Source: an uncultured Anaerolineales bacterium (lineage in GTDB: Bacteria > Chloroflexota > Anaerolineae > B4-G1 > SLSP01). From it: 53,350 nt of DNA. A program made the translations under genes and the position numbers. The first letter of the stretch is position 1; each line of letters opens with the position of its first letter. This document shows positions 1 through 10,603 of the stretch, in pieces. Below the pieces are notes generated by a model, which did no database searches, was not told the DNA's origin, and was given only the letters and a program-made list of their open reading frames with translations. Location of the stretch: the NCBI GenBank assembly GCA_964586915.1, contig CAZPJP010000008.1, positions 1-53,350 of the forward strand, written 5' to 3'.

Positions 1-80
1 TAGACGTTCTGTTTCCATAGAGGGTATTATACCTGGTTGAGGCTCGAACGCGAGTGGCGGGCGCGAGTTGTCCCGTATCG

Positions 81-116
81 TTGACACTACCCAGACAAAG
101 CTGTGTGTGCTATAAT
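81..116 (+). promoter_or_regulatory. Candidate promoter upstream of rnc (extended -10)
   Basis: TGcTATAAT extended -10 at 108-116. TTGACA lies at 81-86, but the 24-nt spacing is too long for a canonical -35, so the call rests on the extended -10 only. Confidence 0.35.
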
Positions 117-174
117 CGATTAGGAAGATCGCAGATGTGCCTCCGTCTTTATGCAGGTTTTCCCAGGAGACTCG

Positions 175-894
175 ATGGGCAAGAGCGAGGACCCCCTTGC
201 TATGGTCCAAGCCAATCTGAACTATCAGTTCCAGGACAAGTCACTGCTCAAACTCGCGCTCACCCACCCCTCCTATGCTCACGAGCATCCGGAGGAGGGG
301 GGTGAGGAGCACCACAACCAGCGCTTGGAGTTTTTGGGCGACGCTGTCCTGGACTTTCTCGTCGCAGCGTGGCTTTACCGTACCTATGAAGGTTTCCCCG
401 AAGGTCCCCTGACGCGATTGCGAGCGACGCTCGTTCGTACCACGACCCTGGCAAATCTTGCGCACGAGCTGGAGTTAGGGCAAGCGCTGCGTCTTGGCCG
501 TGGTGAGGCGGAGAGCGGCGGCCACGACCGTCCGGCGAATCTATGCGACGCGCTGGAGGCAACGGTCGGCGCGCTCTACCTCGACGGTGGCCCGGAGGCC
601 ATCTGGTCGCGCCTTGAGCCATGGTTTGCGCGCAAGGCCGGACGGATCTTAGAAGCCGAGTCGTATGTTGACGCTAAGTCGCGTTTCCAGGAGTGGGCAC
701 AGGCGGAGCTGGGAAGAACGCCAGCCTATCAGATCGTTGACGAAGAAGGCCCCGATCACGCCAAGACGTTCACGGCACAGGTTCTCATCGACGATGAGGT
801 CGCCGGGCAGGGTACCGGGGCCAGCAAAAGAATGGCAGAGCAGGCAGCGGCCCGCATCGCTCTGGTGAACTATGCAAATGGCCCTTTCGGGTAG
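175..894 (+). CDS. rnc: Ribonuclease III
   Basis: The LALTHPSY and [14 protein letters not shown] RNase III signature is present, with a C-terminal dsRBD (KSRFQEWAQ...GPDHAKTF...[13 protein letters not shown]). AGGAG lies 5 nt upstream of ATG 175; the ORF is open from 151. Confidence 0.93.
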   Translation: MGKSEDPLAMVQANLNYQFQDKSLLKLALTHPSYAHEHPEEGGEEHHNQRLEFLGDAVLDFLVAAWLYRTYEGFPEGPLTRLRATLVRTTTLANLAHELELGQALRLGRGEAESGGHDRPANLCDALEATVGALYLDGGPEAIWSRLEPWFARKAGRILEAESYVDAKSRFQEWAQAELGRTPAYQIVDEEGPDHAKTFTAQVLIDDEVAGQGTGASKRMAEQAAARIALVNYANGPFG

Positions 895-905
895 GAGATT
901 GCCCT

Positions 906-3377
906 ATGATGCGCTTCGATCGATTCACGGAACGGGCTCAGGAAGCAGCCCAAAGAGCTGTGGAGCTGATGACCCGTTATGGACACAGTCAGGTTGATGT
1001 TGAGCATCTTCTGCTGGCTCTGATTCAGCAGAAGAACAGCATTGTCCCAACGTTATTATCCGAGCTGGGTGCCGATCCCGCTCAGATGTCCGAGTCGCTG
1101 GATCGGCTCTTGCGCCACAATGCGCGGCCCGGCATCTATGGCGCCCGAGGCAACCAACAGGTGTTCATCACTCCACGTGTTAAGCGAATCCTCGATCAAA
1201 GCCAGGACGAGGCAAGCGCGCTCAATGACGACTACATCTCTACCGAGCACCTGCTGCTCGCTATCACGGATGAAGAGAGCAGCCCCGTCTCACGGCTACT
1301 CAATGAGCTCAATATCACCCACGATCGCATCAAAGATGCGGTCCTGAAGATGCGGGGCGGGCAGAAGCTGACCAGCCCTCAATCTGAGACGAGCTACCGT
1401 ACCCTGGACAAGTACAGCCGCGATCTCACGCAACTGGCCCGGGAGCATAAGCTGGATCCTGTCATTGGCCGCGAGCGCGAGATTCAGCGTGTGATCCAGG
1501 TCCTGGTACGGCGCACCAAAAACAACCCTGTACTGATTGGGGAACCCGGGGTGGGAAAGACGGCAATTGTTGAAGGTCTGGCACAGAACATCGCCAACGA
1601 TGATGTGCCGGAGATTCTGAAACACAGGCGCCTGCTGCTCCTTGATCTGGGGGGCTTGGTCGCCGGCACCCGATTCCGAGGCGAGTTTGAGGAGCGCCTG
1701 AAATCGATCCTCGAGGAGGTACAGGGGTCAGAAGGAGAGAACATTCTCTTCATAGATGAGCTGCATACGGTGGTGGGCGCTGGCAATGCTCAGGGGGCGC
1801 TGGATGCCTCGAATATGATCAAGCCGGCGTTAGCGCGGGGGGAGCTACAGTGCATCGGGGCAACGACTTTGGACGAGTACCGCCAGTACATTGAGAAGGA
1901 CGGCGCGCTGGAGCGCCGCTTCGCGCCGGTGTTCGTGGACGAGCCGACGGTGTCGGATACGATCGAGATGCTCCACGGGCTGCGTGACCGGTATGAGGCG
2001 CATCACAAAGTGCGCATCAGCGACGATGCGCTCGTGGCAGCCGCACAGCTCTCGCACCGTTATGTGACCGACCGCCAACTGCCGGACAAGGCAATTGATG
2101 TGATGGATGAAGCTGCGGCCAAACTGAGGGTCACGCTTTTCACCTTGCCCCCCGAACTGAAACAGATGGAGGCCGAGATCAACCGCATGCGCGGTGAGGA
2201 AGAGGCAGCCGGTAACACCCGCGACTATGAGCGCGCGGCGGAGATCAAGACGCGGCGCTTGCGCGTCGAAGCAGACTTCACCGAGAAGCGAGAGACGTGG
2301 TTGAACCGCCACCAAATCGATGAGATCGTGGAGGCAGAGGATATCGCCGACGTCGTCTCGGTGTGGACCGGGATACCGGTCTATCAGGTTATGGAGAAAG
2401 AAGCCGACAAGCTACTCCGAATGGAGGAGGCTCTGCGAGAGCGGATCATTGGTCAGGACGAGGCGATTGGCGTGATTGCCGATGCGATACGGCGTGCCCG
2501 CGCCGGGCTGAAGGATCCGCGACGGCCCATCGGGACCTTCGTCTTCCTGGGCGCCTCAGGGGTCGGCAAGACAGAGACGGCGAAGGCTCTAGCGGCCTTC
2601 CTCTTCGACGATGAGGATGCCCTGCTCCGGGTCGATATGAGTGAGTACCGAGAAGCTCATACGGTCTCACGACTCTTTGGAGCGCCGCCGGGCTATGTGG
2701 GCTACGATCAAGGCGGCCAGCTGACGGAGGCCGTGCGGCGACGCCCGTATCAGGTGGTGCTCTTTGACGAGATCGAGAAAGCGCACCCCGACGTCTGGAA
2801 TGCAATGCTCCAGATCCTCGACGAAGGCCGGCTGACCGATGGGCAAGGGCGTACGGTTGATTTCCGCAACACCGTCGCGATTATGACCTCCAACGTGGGC
2901 ACCGACTATACGACCCGAGGAGGTGCGCTAGGCTTCGCCCGCGGGCAGGACGACGAGGACGAGCAAGCTCGCCGCCGCACCCTGTCCGCGCTTAAGGAGA
3001 CTTTTCGACCGGAGTTCATCAACCGTGTAGATGAGATCATCATCTTCAACAACCTCACACTTGGCGATGTCGAGCGCATTGTGGATCTGCAAATGCAGGA
3101 GATTCGCGAGCGGCTTTTGGAGCACCGCCTGGACGTGTCGCTCACATCCGAAGCCAAGCACTGGCTCGCAGAGCAGGGCTTCGACCCACAATTCGGGGCC
3201 CGGCCGCTGCGCAGAGTGATCCAGAGATACGTCGAGAGCCCCATCAGCGTGGAGTTGCTGCGAGGGAAGTTCGCTGGCGGCGCGCACATCGTGGTCGACC
3301 TGGAAGGAGAGAGCCTCTCCTTTGAGGCAGCCGCCCTGGCTGAAGCGCCATCTGTGCCCGAGACCGTCGACGCATAG
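906..3377 (+). CDS. clpC: ClpC-type AAA+ ATPase (Clp N-domain repeats, two AAA modules, UVR-like middle motif)
   Basis: Clp_N repeats ([11 protein letters not shown] / [10 protein letters not shown]). Walker A motifs GEPGVGKT and [11 protein letters not shown]-like [13 protein letters not shown] between the AAA modules. Length 823 aa. Confidence 0.92.
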   Translation: MMRFDRFTERAQEAAQRAVELMTRYGHSQVDVEHLLLALIQQKNSIVPTLLSELGADPAQMSESLDRLLRHNARPGIYGARGNQQVFITPRVKRILDQSQDEASALNDDYISTEHLLLAITDEESSPVSRLLNELNITHDRIKDAVLKMRGGQKLTSPQSETSYRTLDKYSRDLTQLAREHKLDPVIGREREIQRVIQVLVRRTKNNPVLIGEPGVGKTAIVEGLAQNIANDDVPEILKHRRLLLLDLGGLVAGTRFRGEFEERLKSILEEVQGSEGENILFIDELHTVVGAGNAQGALDASNMIKPALARGELQCIGATTLDEYRQYIEKDGALERRFAPVFVDEPTVSDTIEMLHGLRDRYEAHHKVRISDDALVAAAQLSHRYVTDRQLPDKAIDVMDEAAAKLRVTLFTLPPELKQMEAEINRMRGEEEAAGNTRDYERAAEIKTRRLRVEADFTEKRETWLNRHQIDEIVEAEDIADVVSVWTGIPVYQVMEKEADKLLRMEEALRERIIGQDEAIGVIADAIRRARAGLKDPRRPIGTFVFLGASGVGKTETAKALAAFLFDDEDALLRVDMSEYREAHTVSRLFGAPPGYVGYDQGGQLTEAVRRRPYQVVLFDEIEKAHPDVWNAMLQILDEGRLTDGQGRTVDFRNTVAIMTSNVGTDYTTRGGALGFARGQDDEDEQARRRTLSALKETFRPEFINRVDEIIIFNNLTLGDVERIVDLQMQEIRERLLEHRLDVSLTSEAKHWLAEQGFDPQFGARPLRRVIQRYVESPISVELLRGKFAGGAHIVVDLEGESLSFEAAALAEAPSVPETVDA

Positions 3378-3659
3378 ACGTCAGACAAGCTTATCGCACC
3401 AGACTGGGTGCGCAACGCTGAGCCGACCGCCGAAACGCAGTGCGGCGGGACTCGAGTTGCGCTCAAGACGACTTGAACTATAAAGACAAAGGATAGATCT
3501 TAACAAACTCGGGACACCCCAGAGCCTCGATTGAGAAAGCCGCCTGCTACAAGCGGCGAAAGGAGGTAGGCCGAGAGACAGATCGGCACTCTGCTGTATG
3601 GCGCACTATGACCCTGTACACGTAACGTTCTAACATTCATCTAAGGAGGAGTAACGTAA

Positions 3660-4712
3660 ATGCGTAAGCGCCTTTCAATCCTGTTAGTTTTGGTTTTGCT
3701 GGCCGGTGTTGTATTGTCAGCCTGCGGTGATGGCGCCCGAGCCGACTTCCAAGTCGGGATGGTCACAGATATCGGCGGCATCGATGATAGATCCTTCAAC
3801 GAAACGTCCTGGGCGGGCGTTGAGATGGCCGAGGATGAGCTTGGCGTCCAGGGCGACTTCCTCGTATCACAGGCACAGACGGACTACGGTCCGAACATCA
3901 CCCAGTTCATCAACCAGGGTTACGACTTGATCATCACTGTGGGCTTTCTGCTGGCTGACGCCACGCGGGACTTCGCTGAAGCGAACCCCGACATCAGCTT
4001 CGCGATCGTCGACTTCGTGATGGACCCCCCAATCGATAACGTGCGCAGCCTGAGCTTCGCGACGGACGAAGCCGGATTCCTGGCCGGTTATGCGGCTGCG
4101 GCTGCGACGGAGACCGGCACAGTGGCATGCTTTGGCGGCATCCAAATTCCGACCGTCACGATCTTTATGGTCGGATTCGAGCAGGGCGTTTTCTATTACA
4201 ATGAGCAGAACGGCACGGATGTCGAGGTCCTCGGCTGGAACACTGCAGACGGCACCGGCGTCTTCGTCGGAAACTTTGAGTCCACGGACGACGGTCGCCG
4301 TGTGGGTGATGAGTTCCTCGCAGAGGGCGCCGACATCATTATGCCCGTCGCCGGGCCCGTTGGTCTGGGAACGGCGCAGGCCGCGCAAGAGGCTGGCGAC
4401 GCTTGGGTCATCGGCGTGGACACCGACTGGACCGTCAGCGCACCGGAGTACGCCGATGTCATTCTGACGAGTGTGGTCAAGAGGATGGACAATGCGGTCT
4501 TCGACACCATCGAGTTGGCCTCTTCGCCCGACTTCGAGGGGTTCGGCGGTGAGGTCTACGTCGGCACCCTGGACAATGAGGGTGTTGGTATCTCGGACGT
4601 AGCTGCCGGCACGATCTCTGACGAGGTGCAGAGCGACCTGGATGATCTGCGCCAGGCGATCATTGACGGTGAGATCAACACCGGCTGGGACGACTATCTA
4701 GCGAGTCAGTAG
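3660..4712 (+). CDS. BMP-family (PnrA/Med-like) ABC transporter substrate-binding lipoprotein, probably nucleoside-binding
   Basis: Signal peptide with lipobox LSAC. GMVTDIGGIDDRSFNE motif typical of the basic-membrane-protein family. AAGGAGG Shine-Dalgarno 10 nt upstream. Confidence 0.9.
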   Translation: MRKRLSILLVLVLLAGVVLSACGDGARADFQVGMVTDIGGIDDRSFNETSWAGVEMAEDELGVQGDFLVSQAQTDYGPNITQFINQGYDLIITVGFLLADATRDFAEANPDISFAIVDFVMDPPIDNVRSLSFATDEAGFLAGYAAAAATETGTVACFGGIQIPTVTIFMVGFEQGVFYYNEQNGTDVEVLGWNTADGTGVFVGNFESTDDGRRVGDEFLAEGADIIMPVAGPVGLGTAQAAQEAGDAWVIGVDTDWTVSAPEYADVILTSVVKRMDNAVFDTIELASSPDFEGFGGEVYVGTLDNEGVGISDVAAGTISDEVQSDLDDLRQAIIDGEINTGWDDYLASQ

Positions 4713-4728
4713 CTCGCGCTATGCGCTT

Positions 4729-4762
4729 GGTGGCGGGAAGTCACAAAGGGCTTCCCGCCACC
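4729..4762 (+). promoter_or_regulatory. Intercistronic 12-bp perfect stem-loop after the binding-protein gene (attenuator or mRNA stabiliser)
   Basis: ggtggcgggaag / cttcccgccacc with a 10-nt loop, 17 nt after the stop codon. No U-tract follows. Confidence 0.45.
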
Positions 4763-4872
4763 TCACTGCGTGTATGAGATAAGCCGCAGCAGGCAGACGC
4801 CTCCGGAGAGGCCTGCGGAAGTCAACCTGCATTCTGCGCGTTGTCCCCTACCGTGCCAAGCAAGGAGAGACT

Positions 4873-6438
4873 ATGCCTGCAGGGCCTCGAGTTTTAGAGC
4901 TCAAAGGAATCACGAAGCGGTTCCCCGGCGTCTTGGCCAACGATCATATCGACCTGACTCTGGAGCAGGGTCACGTTCTGGGCTTGTTGGGTGAGAATGG
5001 TGCTGGCAAGAGCACGCTGATGAACGTCCTTTACGGGCTTTATCAGCAAGATGAAGGGGAGATCGTCGTCCGGGGTGAGAACGTGACGATCACGGGACCT
5101 AACGATGCCATTGAGCTCGGCATCGGCATGGTGCATCAGCACTTCATGTTAGTGCCGGTGCTCACGGTCACCGAGAATGTGATGTTGGGTATGGAGTCCA
5201 CGCGGCTCGGGGGATTTCTCAACCGGCAGAGCGCTGCGCGGCGGATTCGAGAGATCTCCGACCGCTATGGCCTTCAGGTTGATCCTGATGCCGTGATCGA
5301 GGAGCTGCCGGTGGGCCTTCAACAGCGCGTTGAGATCATTAAGTTGCTCTATCGCGACGCGGATATCCTCATTCTCGATGAGCCAACGGCTGTATTGACG
5401 CCCCAGGAGGTCGAAGGGTTCTTTGAGATCATTCACTCGCTGGTCGCCCAAGACAAATCCGTCATCTTCATCACGCACAAGCTAAAAGAAGCGCTTGAGA
5501 TCTCGGATCGCATTGTCGTTCTTCGGGGCGGGCGTCATGTGGGCAGCACAACACCTGCGGAAAGCGATGAGCGCGAGCTGGCGGCGATGATGGTAGGCCG
5601 GGAAGTCATCCTCCAGGTCCCGAAAGATGCCCGGGAACCCGGTGAGACGATCCTTGGCGTGGAAAATCTCCACGTGCGCGGTGACCGGGGCAAGATGGCT
5701 GTGGAGGGTGTCTCCTTTGAGGTGCGTGCCGGCGAGATCGTGGGGCTGGCTGGCGTGCAAGGCAATGGTCAGACGGAGCTTGTCGAAGCCCTAACCGGCT
5801 TGCGTCCTGCTGATGGCGGGCGTGTCTTCGTCGCGGGCAAAGATATCACCAACACATCGCCTCGGGTGATCACGGAGGCAGGGACGGCCCACATCCCGGA
5901 GGACCGTCAACGTGATGGCCTCGTCCTCAGCTATTCCGTAGCCAACAACCTGATCCTCAATACCTATTACCTGCCCCCTATTGCTCAAGGCGCGGTTATA
6001 CAGGAACGCGCGGTCCGAGAGCGCGCTGAGCGGTTGATCACCGAATACGACGTACGAACACCGAGCGTTCTCACGCCCGTGACAAATCTGTCCGGCGGCA
6101 ACCAACAGAAAGTGATCGTGGCTCGTGAGCTTAGCCGCTCGGTCCAGGTCACCATCGCTTCCCAGCCGACGCGCGGGCTTGATGTCGGCTCGATCGAGTA
6201 CATCCACAGTCAGCTCGTGCGAAAGCGGGATGAGGGTGCCGCGGTCTTCGTCGTCTCGGCGGAGCTGGACGAGATCATGGCTCTCGCTGATCGGATCATC
6301 GTCATGTACGAAGGCAAAATCGTGGGCACGGTACTCGCAGAAGAAGTGAACCGAGAGGAATTGGGCTTGCTTATGGCAGGAAGCAAGCTGACCTCTCATG
6401 AAAGCCGGTCGACGCCGGTAGACACGTCCACGGTATAG
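4873..6438 (+). CDS. ABC transporter ATP-binding protein, duplicated ATPase (sugar/nucleoside CUT2 type)
   Basis: Walker A GENGAGKST, signature LSGGNQQK, and two tandem NBDs in 521 aa. Located in the operon with the BMP lipoprotein. Confidence 0.92.
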   Translation: MPAGPRVLELKGITKRFPGVLANDHIDLTLEQGHVLGLLGENGAGKSTLMNVLYGLYQQDEGEIVVRGENVTITGPNDAIELGIGMVHQHFMLVPVLTVTENVMLGMESTRLGGFLNRQSAARRIREISDRYGLQVDPDAVIEELPVGLQQRVEIIKLLYRDADILILDEPTAVLTPQEVEGFFEIIHSLVAQDKSVIFITHKLKEALEISDRIVVLRGGRHVGSTTPAESDERELAAMMVGREVILQVPKDAREPGETILGVENLHVRGDRGKMAVEGVSFEVRAGEIVGLAGVQGNGQTELVEALTGLRPADGGRVFVAGKDITNTSPRVITEAGTAHIPEDRQRDGLVLSYSVANNLILNTYYLPPIAQGAVIQERAVRERAERLITEYDVRTPSVLTPVTNLSGGNQQKVIVARELSRSVQVTIASQPTRGLDVGSIEYIHSQLVRKRDEGAAVFVVSAELDEIMALADRIIVMYEGKIVGTVLAEEVNREELGLLMAGSKLTSHESRSTPVDTSTV

Positions 6439-6450
6439 AGAAGGAGTCCG

Positions 6451-7755
6451 ATGAACGAGAATCAAGAGGCTGAGACCCAGGCCAAACGAGATCAGGCTCA
6501 GGAGCGAGCAGAGGAGAGCGCCCAGGAGTCTTCGGAGCCAGGGGAGGCGGGCGAGCGCGGACTCAGCGCCAAAGACCTACTGGTCCCTGCGCTGGCGATT
6601 GTGACGGCCTTGATCATCGGAGCCCTGGTGATTATCTTCACCGACGAGAGTGTCTACGAGGCTTTTCAGCAGGGCGTCTTTCAAGGCATTTTCCGGGCCT
6701 TCTCGGTGATCGGTAGGGCCTACGGCGCGTTCTTCACAGGGGCCTTTGGAAATCCGGTTCGGATCGTGGAAGCGATCCTTAGCGGCAATCCAGCTCAGAT
6801 TCGGCGGGCCCTCTTTCCCATCACCGAGACATTACGCATCTCGACACCGTACATCTTCGCCGGGTTGGCCGTCGCTCTGGGCTTTCAGGGCGGGCTCTTC
6901 AACATCGGCGCCGAAGGACAGTACTTCATAGCCGGGTTGACCTCGGTCTACGTCGGCTACGCCGTCACGGGGTTGCCGCAGATCATCCACCTTCCGCTGG
7001 CGCTGCTGGCAGGGATGGTGGGCGGCGGACTCTGGGCCGCCATCCCGGGCTATCTGAAGGGCAAGACTGGCGCCCACGAGGTCATCAACACGATTATGAT
7101 GAACTACATCGCGTTCCGACTCGCGGAGTTCCTCCTCGATGTCGGCGGGCCGATGGCACGGGGGGATGGACGACCAGTGAGCCCTAGCATCCAGCCGAGC
7201 GCTTACCTTCCCCAGTTCTTCCCGAATCGGGTCGAGCTGACCGTCAATGCAGGGTTTCTGCTGGCGCTAGCGATGGCATGGGTCGTCTGGTGGGTGCTCT
7301 ACAAGACGACACTGGGCTACGAGCTGCGCACCGTAGGGCATAGTTCGAACGCCGCCCGCTACGCCGGGATCAGTGTACCTCGAAGCTTCGTCATCACCAT
7401 GGCGATGAGCGGTGCGCTCGCCGGGCTCTCGGCGGCGACGGACGTTCTCGGTGTTCTCCGCTTTATGCCGAACGCGTTCGCCTCAGGCTACGGCTTCGAC
7501 GCGATAGCTTTGGCTCTGCTGGGCAAGAGCCACCCGCTCGGCGTGGTCTTGGCGTCGTTGCTCTTCGGCGCGCTGAGAGCCGGAGCGCGGAATATGCAGG
7601 GCATCGCGCGAGTTCCCATCGACATCACCTCCATTCTGCAGGGCCTCATTATCGTCTTTGTCGCGGCACCAGAGATCATCCGGGCGATCTATCGCCTGCG
7701 ACAGCGCTTGGAGGGGGAGGAGATTGCTTTGACGCGCGGGTGGGGCGAGGGGTAG
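6451..7755 (+). CDS. ABC transporter permease (BMP/nucleoside system), with acidic N-terminal extension
   Basis: Multi-TM protein with FNIGAEGQ motif typical of CUT2 permeases. GGAG RBS present; sits 12 nt after the ATPase gene. Confidence 0.87.
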   Translation: MNENQEAETQAKRDQAQERAEESAQESSEPGEAGERGLSAKDLLVPALAIVTALIIGALVIIFTDESVYEAFQQGVFQGIFRAFSVIGRAYGAFFTGAFGNPVRIVEAILSGNPAQIRRALFPITETLRISTPYIFAGLAVALGFQGGLFNIGAEGQYFIAGLTSVYVGYAVTGLPQIIHLPLALLAGMVGGGLWAAIPGYLKGKTGAHEVINTIMMNYIAFRLAEFLLDVGGPMARGDGRPVSPSIQPSAYLPQFFPNRVELTVNAGFLLALAMAWVVWWVLYKTTLGYELRTVGHSSNAARYAGISVPRSFVITMAMSGALAGLSAATDVLGVLRFMPNAFASGYGFDAIALALLGKSHPLGVVLASLLFGALRAGARNMQGIARVPIDITSILQGLIIVFVAAPEIIRAIYRLRQRLEGEEIALTRGWGEG

Positions 7756-7870
7756 GATTTGGAGAGCGCCTTACTTTGCACACCACGGCCCATAGGACAC
7801 GCGGTGCTTGGTTTCATCGGCGGTTGGCCATCGGCCGGCACACACCTGACCACTGCAATCAGGAGAAGCT

Positions 7871-9124
7871 ATGAATGAATCAGAGACTACACCGAGGTCC
7901 CGACGTCGAGCCCGCGGGATGGGCATTGCATTCCTTATCTTTGCTATAGCTATGCTTGCCCTCTTCTTGCCAACGACCCGGGCGGGTGAACGGACAACCT
8001 TCGTCTTCCAAACTGCCCGCGACGCGGTCGTGATCCTTGACAACCTGGTCTTCTCCACCCGTTTGGGGATCTACCTTATGGCAGCAGCGGCTGCAGCGGC
8101 TGGGGGCTGGCAGCTAGCAAAAGGCTTTGAACATCAGGATGTCGTCCTCGGTGTGGTAGCCGGTCTCTTTGTCTTGGCCTTCCTGACCTGGGCCGCCCGC
8201 GGGCGATCGATGAACCTCACGGGTATGCTGCAGTCCTCCCTGCTCCGCTCTATTCCTATCTTATTGGCCGCGCTAAGCGGCGTGATGTGCGAGCGCAGCG
8301 GCGTCATCAATATTGGCATCGAAGGTATGATGCTCACCGGAGCGTTTGCCGCAGCCTTATTCGGAAGCATAGCCGGCAGCATCTGGATCGGTCTGTTAGG
8401 TGCACTCCTCAGCAGTGCGCTGATGGCGGCTCTGTTGGCGGTACTTGCCATCCGCTACAAGGTCGACCAGATTATTGCGGGCACAGCGATCAACATCCTG
8501 GCGACGGGAATGACGGGCTATTTCAGCTCGCGCTATCTGCAGCGGGACGCTACCCTCAACAGCCCCCCCACCTTCCCGCTGGCGCCGATTCCCGCCCTGT
8601 CGCGGATCCCAATCCTCGGTCCGGCGTTCTTCAATCACACCCTTCTAGTCTACGTGGCTCTGATCGTGGTGATTGTTATCCAAGTGGTGCTCTTCTTCAC
8701 CAAGTGGGGATTGCGGACGCGAGCGGTGGGTGAGCATCCCCGCGCCGCAGACACGTTGGGCGTCAACGTCTTCCGGGTACGCTACGTTCAGGTTATCCTC
8801 GGCGGCGCGGTCGCAGGGTTGGGTGGTGCTTATCTCGTACTCAGCTCTGTGGCGCGCTTCAACGAGCTGATGACGGCGGGGAAGGGCTTCATCGGCCTGG
8901 CAGCCATGATCTTCGGGAAGTGGAACCCCGTGGGCGCGCTGGGCGCGTCCCTCATCTTCGGGTTCGCTGACTCACTACAGACCCGATTGGCCATCCTGTC
9001 CGTTCCAATCCCTTCGCAGTTCCTGCTGATGGCGCCCTATCTGGTGACAATGATCGTGCTTGCCGGCGTCGTCGGTCAATCCCGCGCCCCGGCAGCCGAT
9101 GGTGAGCCTTACGAAAAGGAATAA
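7871..9124 (+). CDS. ABC transporter permease (second permease of the BMP/nucleoside system)
   Basis: Multi-TM protein with INIGIEGMML motif, paralogous to the previous permease. AGGAG RBS present. Confidence 0.87.
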   Translation: MNESETTPRSRRRARGMGIAFLIFAIAMLALFLPTTRAGERTTFVFQTARDAVVILDNLVFSTRLGIYLMAAAAAAAGGWQLAKGFEHQDVVLGVVAGLFVLAFLTWAARGRSMNLTGMLQSSLLRSIPILLAALSGVMCERSGVINIGIEGMMLTGAFAAALFGSIAGSIWIGLLGALLSSALMAALLAVLAIRYKVDQIIAGTAINILATGMTGYFSSRYLQRDATLNSPPTFPLAPIPALSRIPILGPAFFNHTLLVYVALIVVIVIQVVLFFTKWGLRTRAVGEHPRAADTLGVNVFRVRYVQVILGGAVAGLGGAYLVLSSVARFNELMTAGKGFIGLAAMIFGKWNPVGALGASLIFGFADSLQTRLAILSVPIPSQFLLMAPYLVTMIVLAGVVGQSRAPAADGEPYEKE

Positions 9125-9147
9125 GTGCTGCAGCGCGCCGTCCCTGA

Positions 9148-10551
9148 ATGAACACCCTCAACGAGCCAGACTGGCCTGAGGCCTTCGTCGTTCGCATGCG
9201 GGGTTGGCTGGGTGAGGAAGCCGACGAGCTTTTCGCAGCCTTAGCCAAACGCGATTACGGACTGCGACTGAATCCGGCACGCGGAGATCTGACAGCGCTC
9301 AGAGCGAGCCTGCCCTGGCCCACAGAGCCGGTCCCGTGGTGCCCCGAGGGCTTTCTCGTTGACGCAGCTGCTGATCCACCGCGGCTCGGCGCTCACGCCT
9401 ATCACACCGCCGGCGTCTATTATCTCCAGGACCCAAGCGCGATGGCAGCCGCGGTGCTGCTCGACCCCCAGCCTGGCGAGTGGGTGCTCGATCTGGCCGC
9501 GGCGCCCGGCGGCAAGGCATCTCACTTGGCGGCGCGTATGCAGGGCGAAGGCGTGCTCGTGGCTAACGACGTCTCTCGGGGACGCGCCAGCGTGCTGGCG
9601 ATGAACCTCGAACGGATGGGGGCCACAAACGCCCTGATAACAAACGCCTACCCCAGTCAGCTCAGCGCGGCGTGGGGCGGCCTGTTCGACGCGATGCTGA
9701 TCGACGCGCCTTGCTCTGGAGAGAGCACCTTCGGCAGGGATCCACACTCCCTGGCTGCCTGGAGCGTGGAAGAGGTGACGCGATACGCTGCGCGCCAACT
9801 GCACATCGTCGATCAGGCCGCTCCGCTGGTCCGGCGTGGAGGCCAGATTCTCTACAGCACCTGCACCTTTTCACCGGAGGAGAATGAGGGCGTCATCGGA
9901 GAATTCCTCACCACGCACCCCGAATTTGAGTTGATGGACCTTCCGAAGCTCCCCGGCATGGGCCGAGGCCACCCTGAATGGGTCGGCGCTCCCGACGTGC
10001 TGCGCCAGACCGGGCGATTCTGGCCCCACAGAACATCAGGGCACGGTCACTTCTACGCCCTGTTGCGGCGAAAGGGGGACCCACCAACGGCCTTACCGGC
10101 ACGCTGGACTGAGATGGAGATACCGGGGCGGGTCCTCAATCTCTATCGGGCGACGCTGAAACCCGCCCTGCGGATCGATCCACCTGAGGAGGGTCTAATC
10201 CTGGACGACAACGACCACTGCTACATCACACCTATGGACCCGGCGCTATGGCGTCGACTTCCGGTGCTCCGTCCAGGATGGTGGGTCGCTGCGCTCCGCC
10301 ACGGCAAGATCTGGCCGGACCATGCACTGGCGATGGCGCTGAGCCCCCAGGACGTTCGCGCGTCAGTCGAGTTGACGCCGGACGATCCGCGGCTAGACCG
10401 ATACTATGAGGGCCGATCCTGGACGGACAAAGGAGCGGCGGGATACGTATTGGTCACGGTCGACGGCTTCCCTCTCGGCTGGGCAAAGCGCGACCGCGGC
10501 AAGGTGCGGAGCCGATATCCGGTGCACCTGAGACGGCAGCGCGCGGGATAG
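9148..10551 (+). CDS. rsmF: rRNA cytosine-C5 methyltransferase, RsmF/RsmB (NOL1/NOP2/Sun) family
   Basis: YLQDPSAM, LDLAAAPGGKASH (SAM site), DAPCSGE and YSTCT catalytic Cys motifs. The C-terminal extension resembles RsmF. Confidence 0.82.
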   Translation: MNTLNEPDWPEAFVVRMRGWLGEEADELFAALAKRDYGLRLNPARGDLTALRASLPWPTEPVPWCPEGFLVDAAADPPRLGAHAYHTAGVYYLQDPSAMAAAVLLDPQPGEWVLDLAAAPGGKASHLAARMQGEGVLVANDVSRGRASVLAMNLERMGATNALITNAYPSQLSAAWGGLFDAMLIDAPCSGESTFGRDPHSLAAWSVEEVTRYAARQLHIVDQAAPLVRRGGQILYSTCTFSPEENEGVIGEFLTTHPEFELMDLPKLPGMGRGHPEWVGAPDVLRQTGRFWPHRTSGHGHFYALLRRKGDPPTALPARWTEMEIPGRVLNLYRATLKPALRIDPPEEGLILDDNDHCYITPMDPALWRRLPVLRPGWWVAALRHGKIWPDHALAMALSPQDVRASVELTPDDPRLDRYYEGRSWTDKGAAGYVLVTVDGFPLGWAKRDRGKVRSRYPVHLRRQRAG

Positions 10552-10603
10552 CGTAGACAACCTCAATCGTCATCGCTATCCGACGATCCATCAGGGTTCG
10601 TGT

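Noticed and set aside
3378-3659. Purine/guanine riboswitch upstream of the nucleoside-type transporter.
   Set aside because: The conserved purine-riboswitch core elements (the UAUAAU...GGAUAUGG...CCGUAAA-type junctions) are not present. It is kept only as a low-interest long-leader observation.
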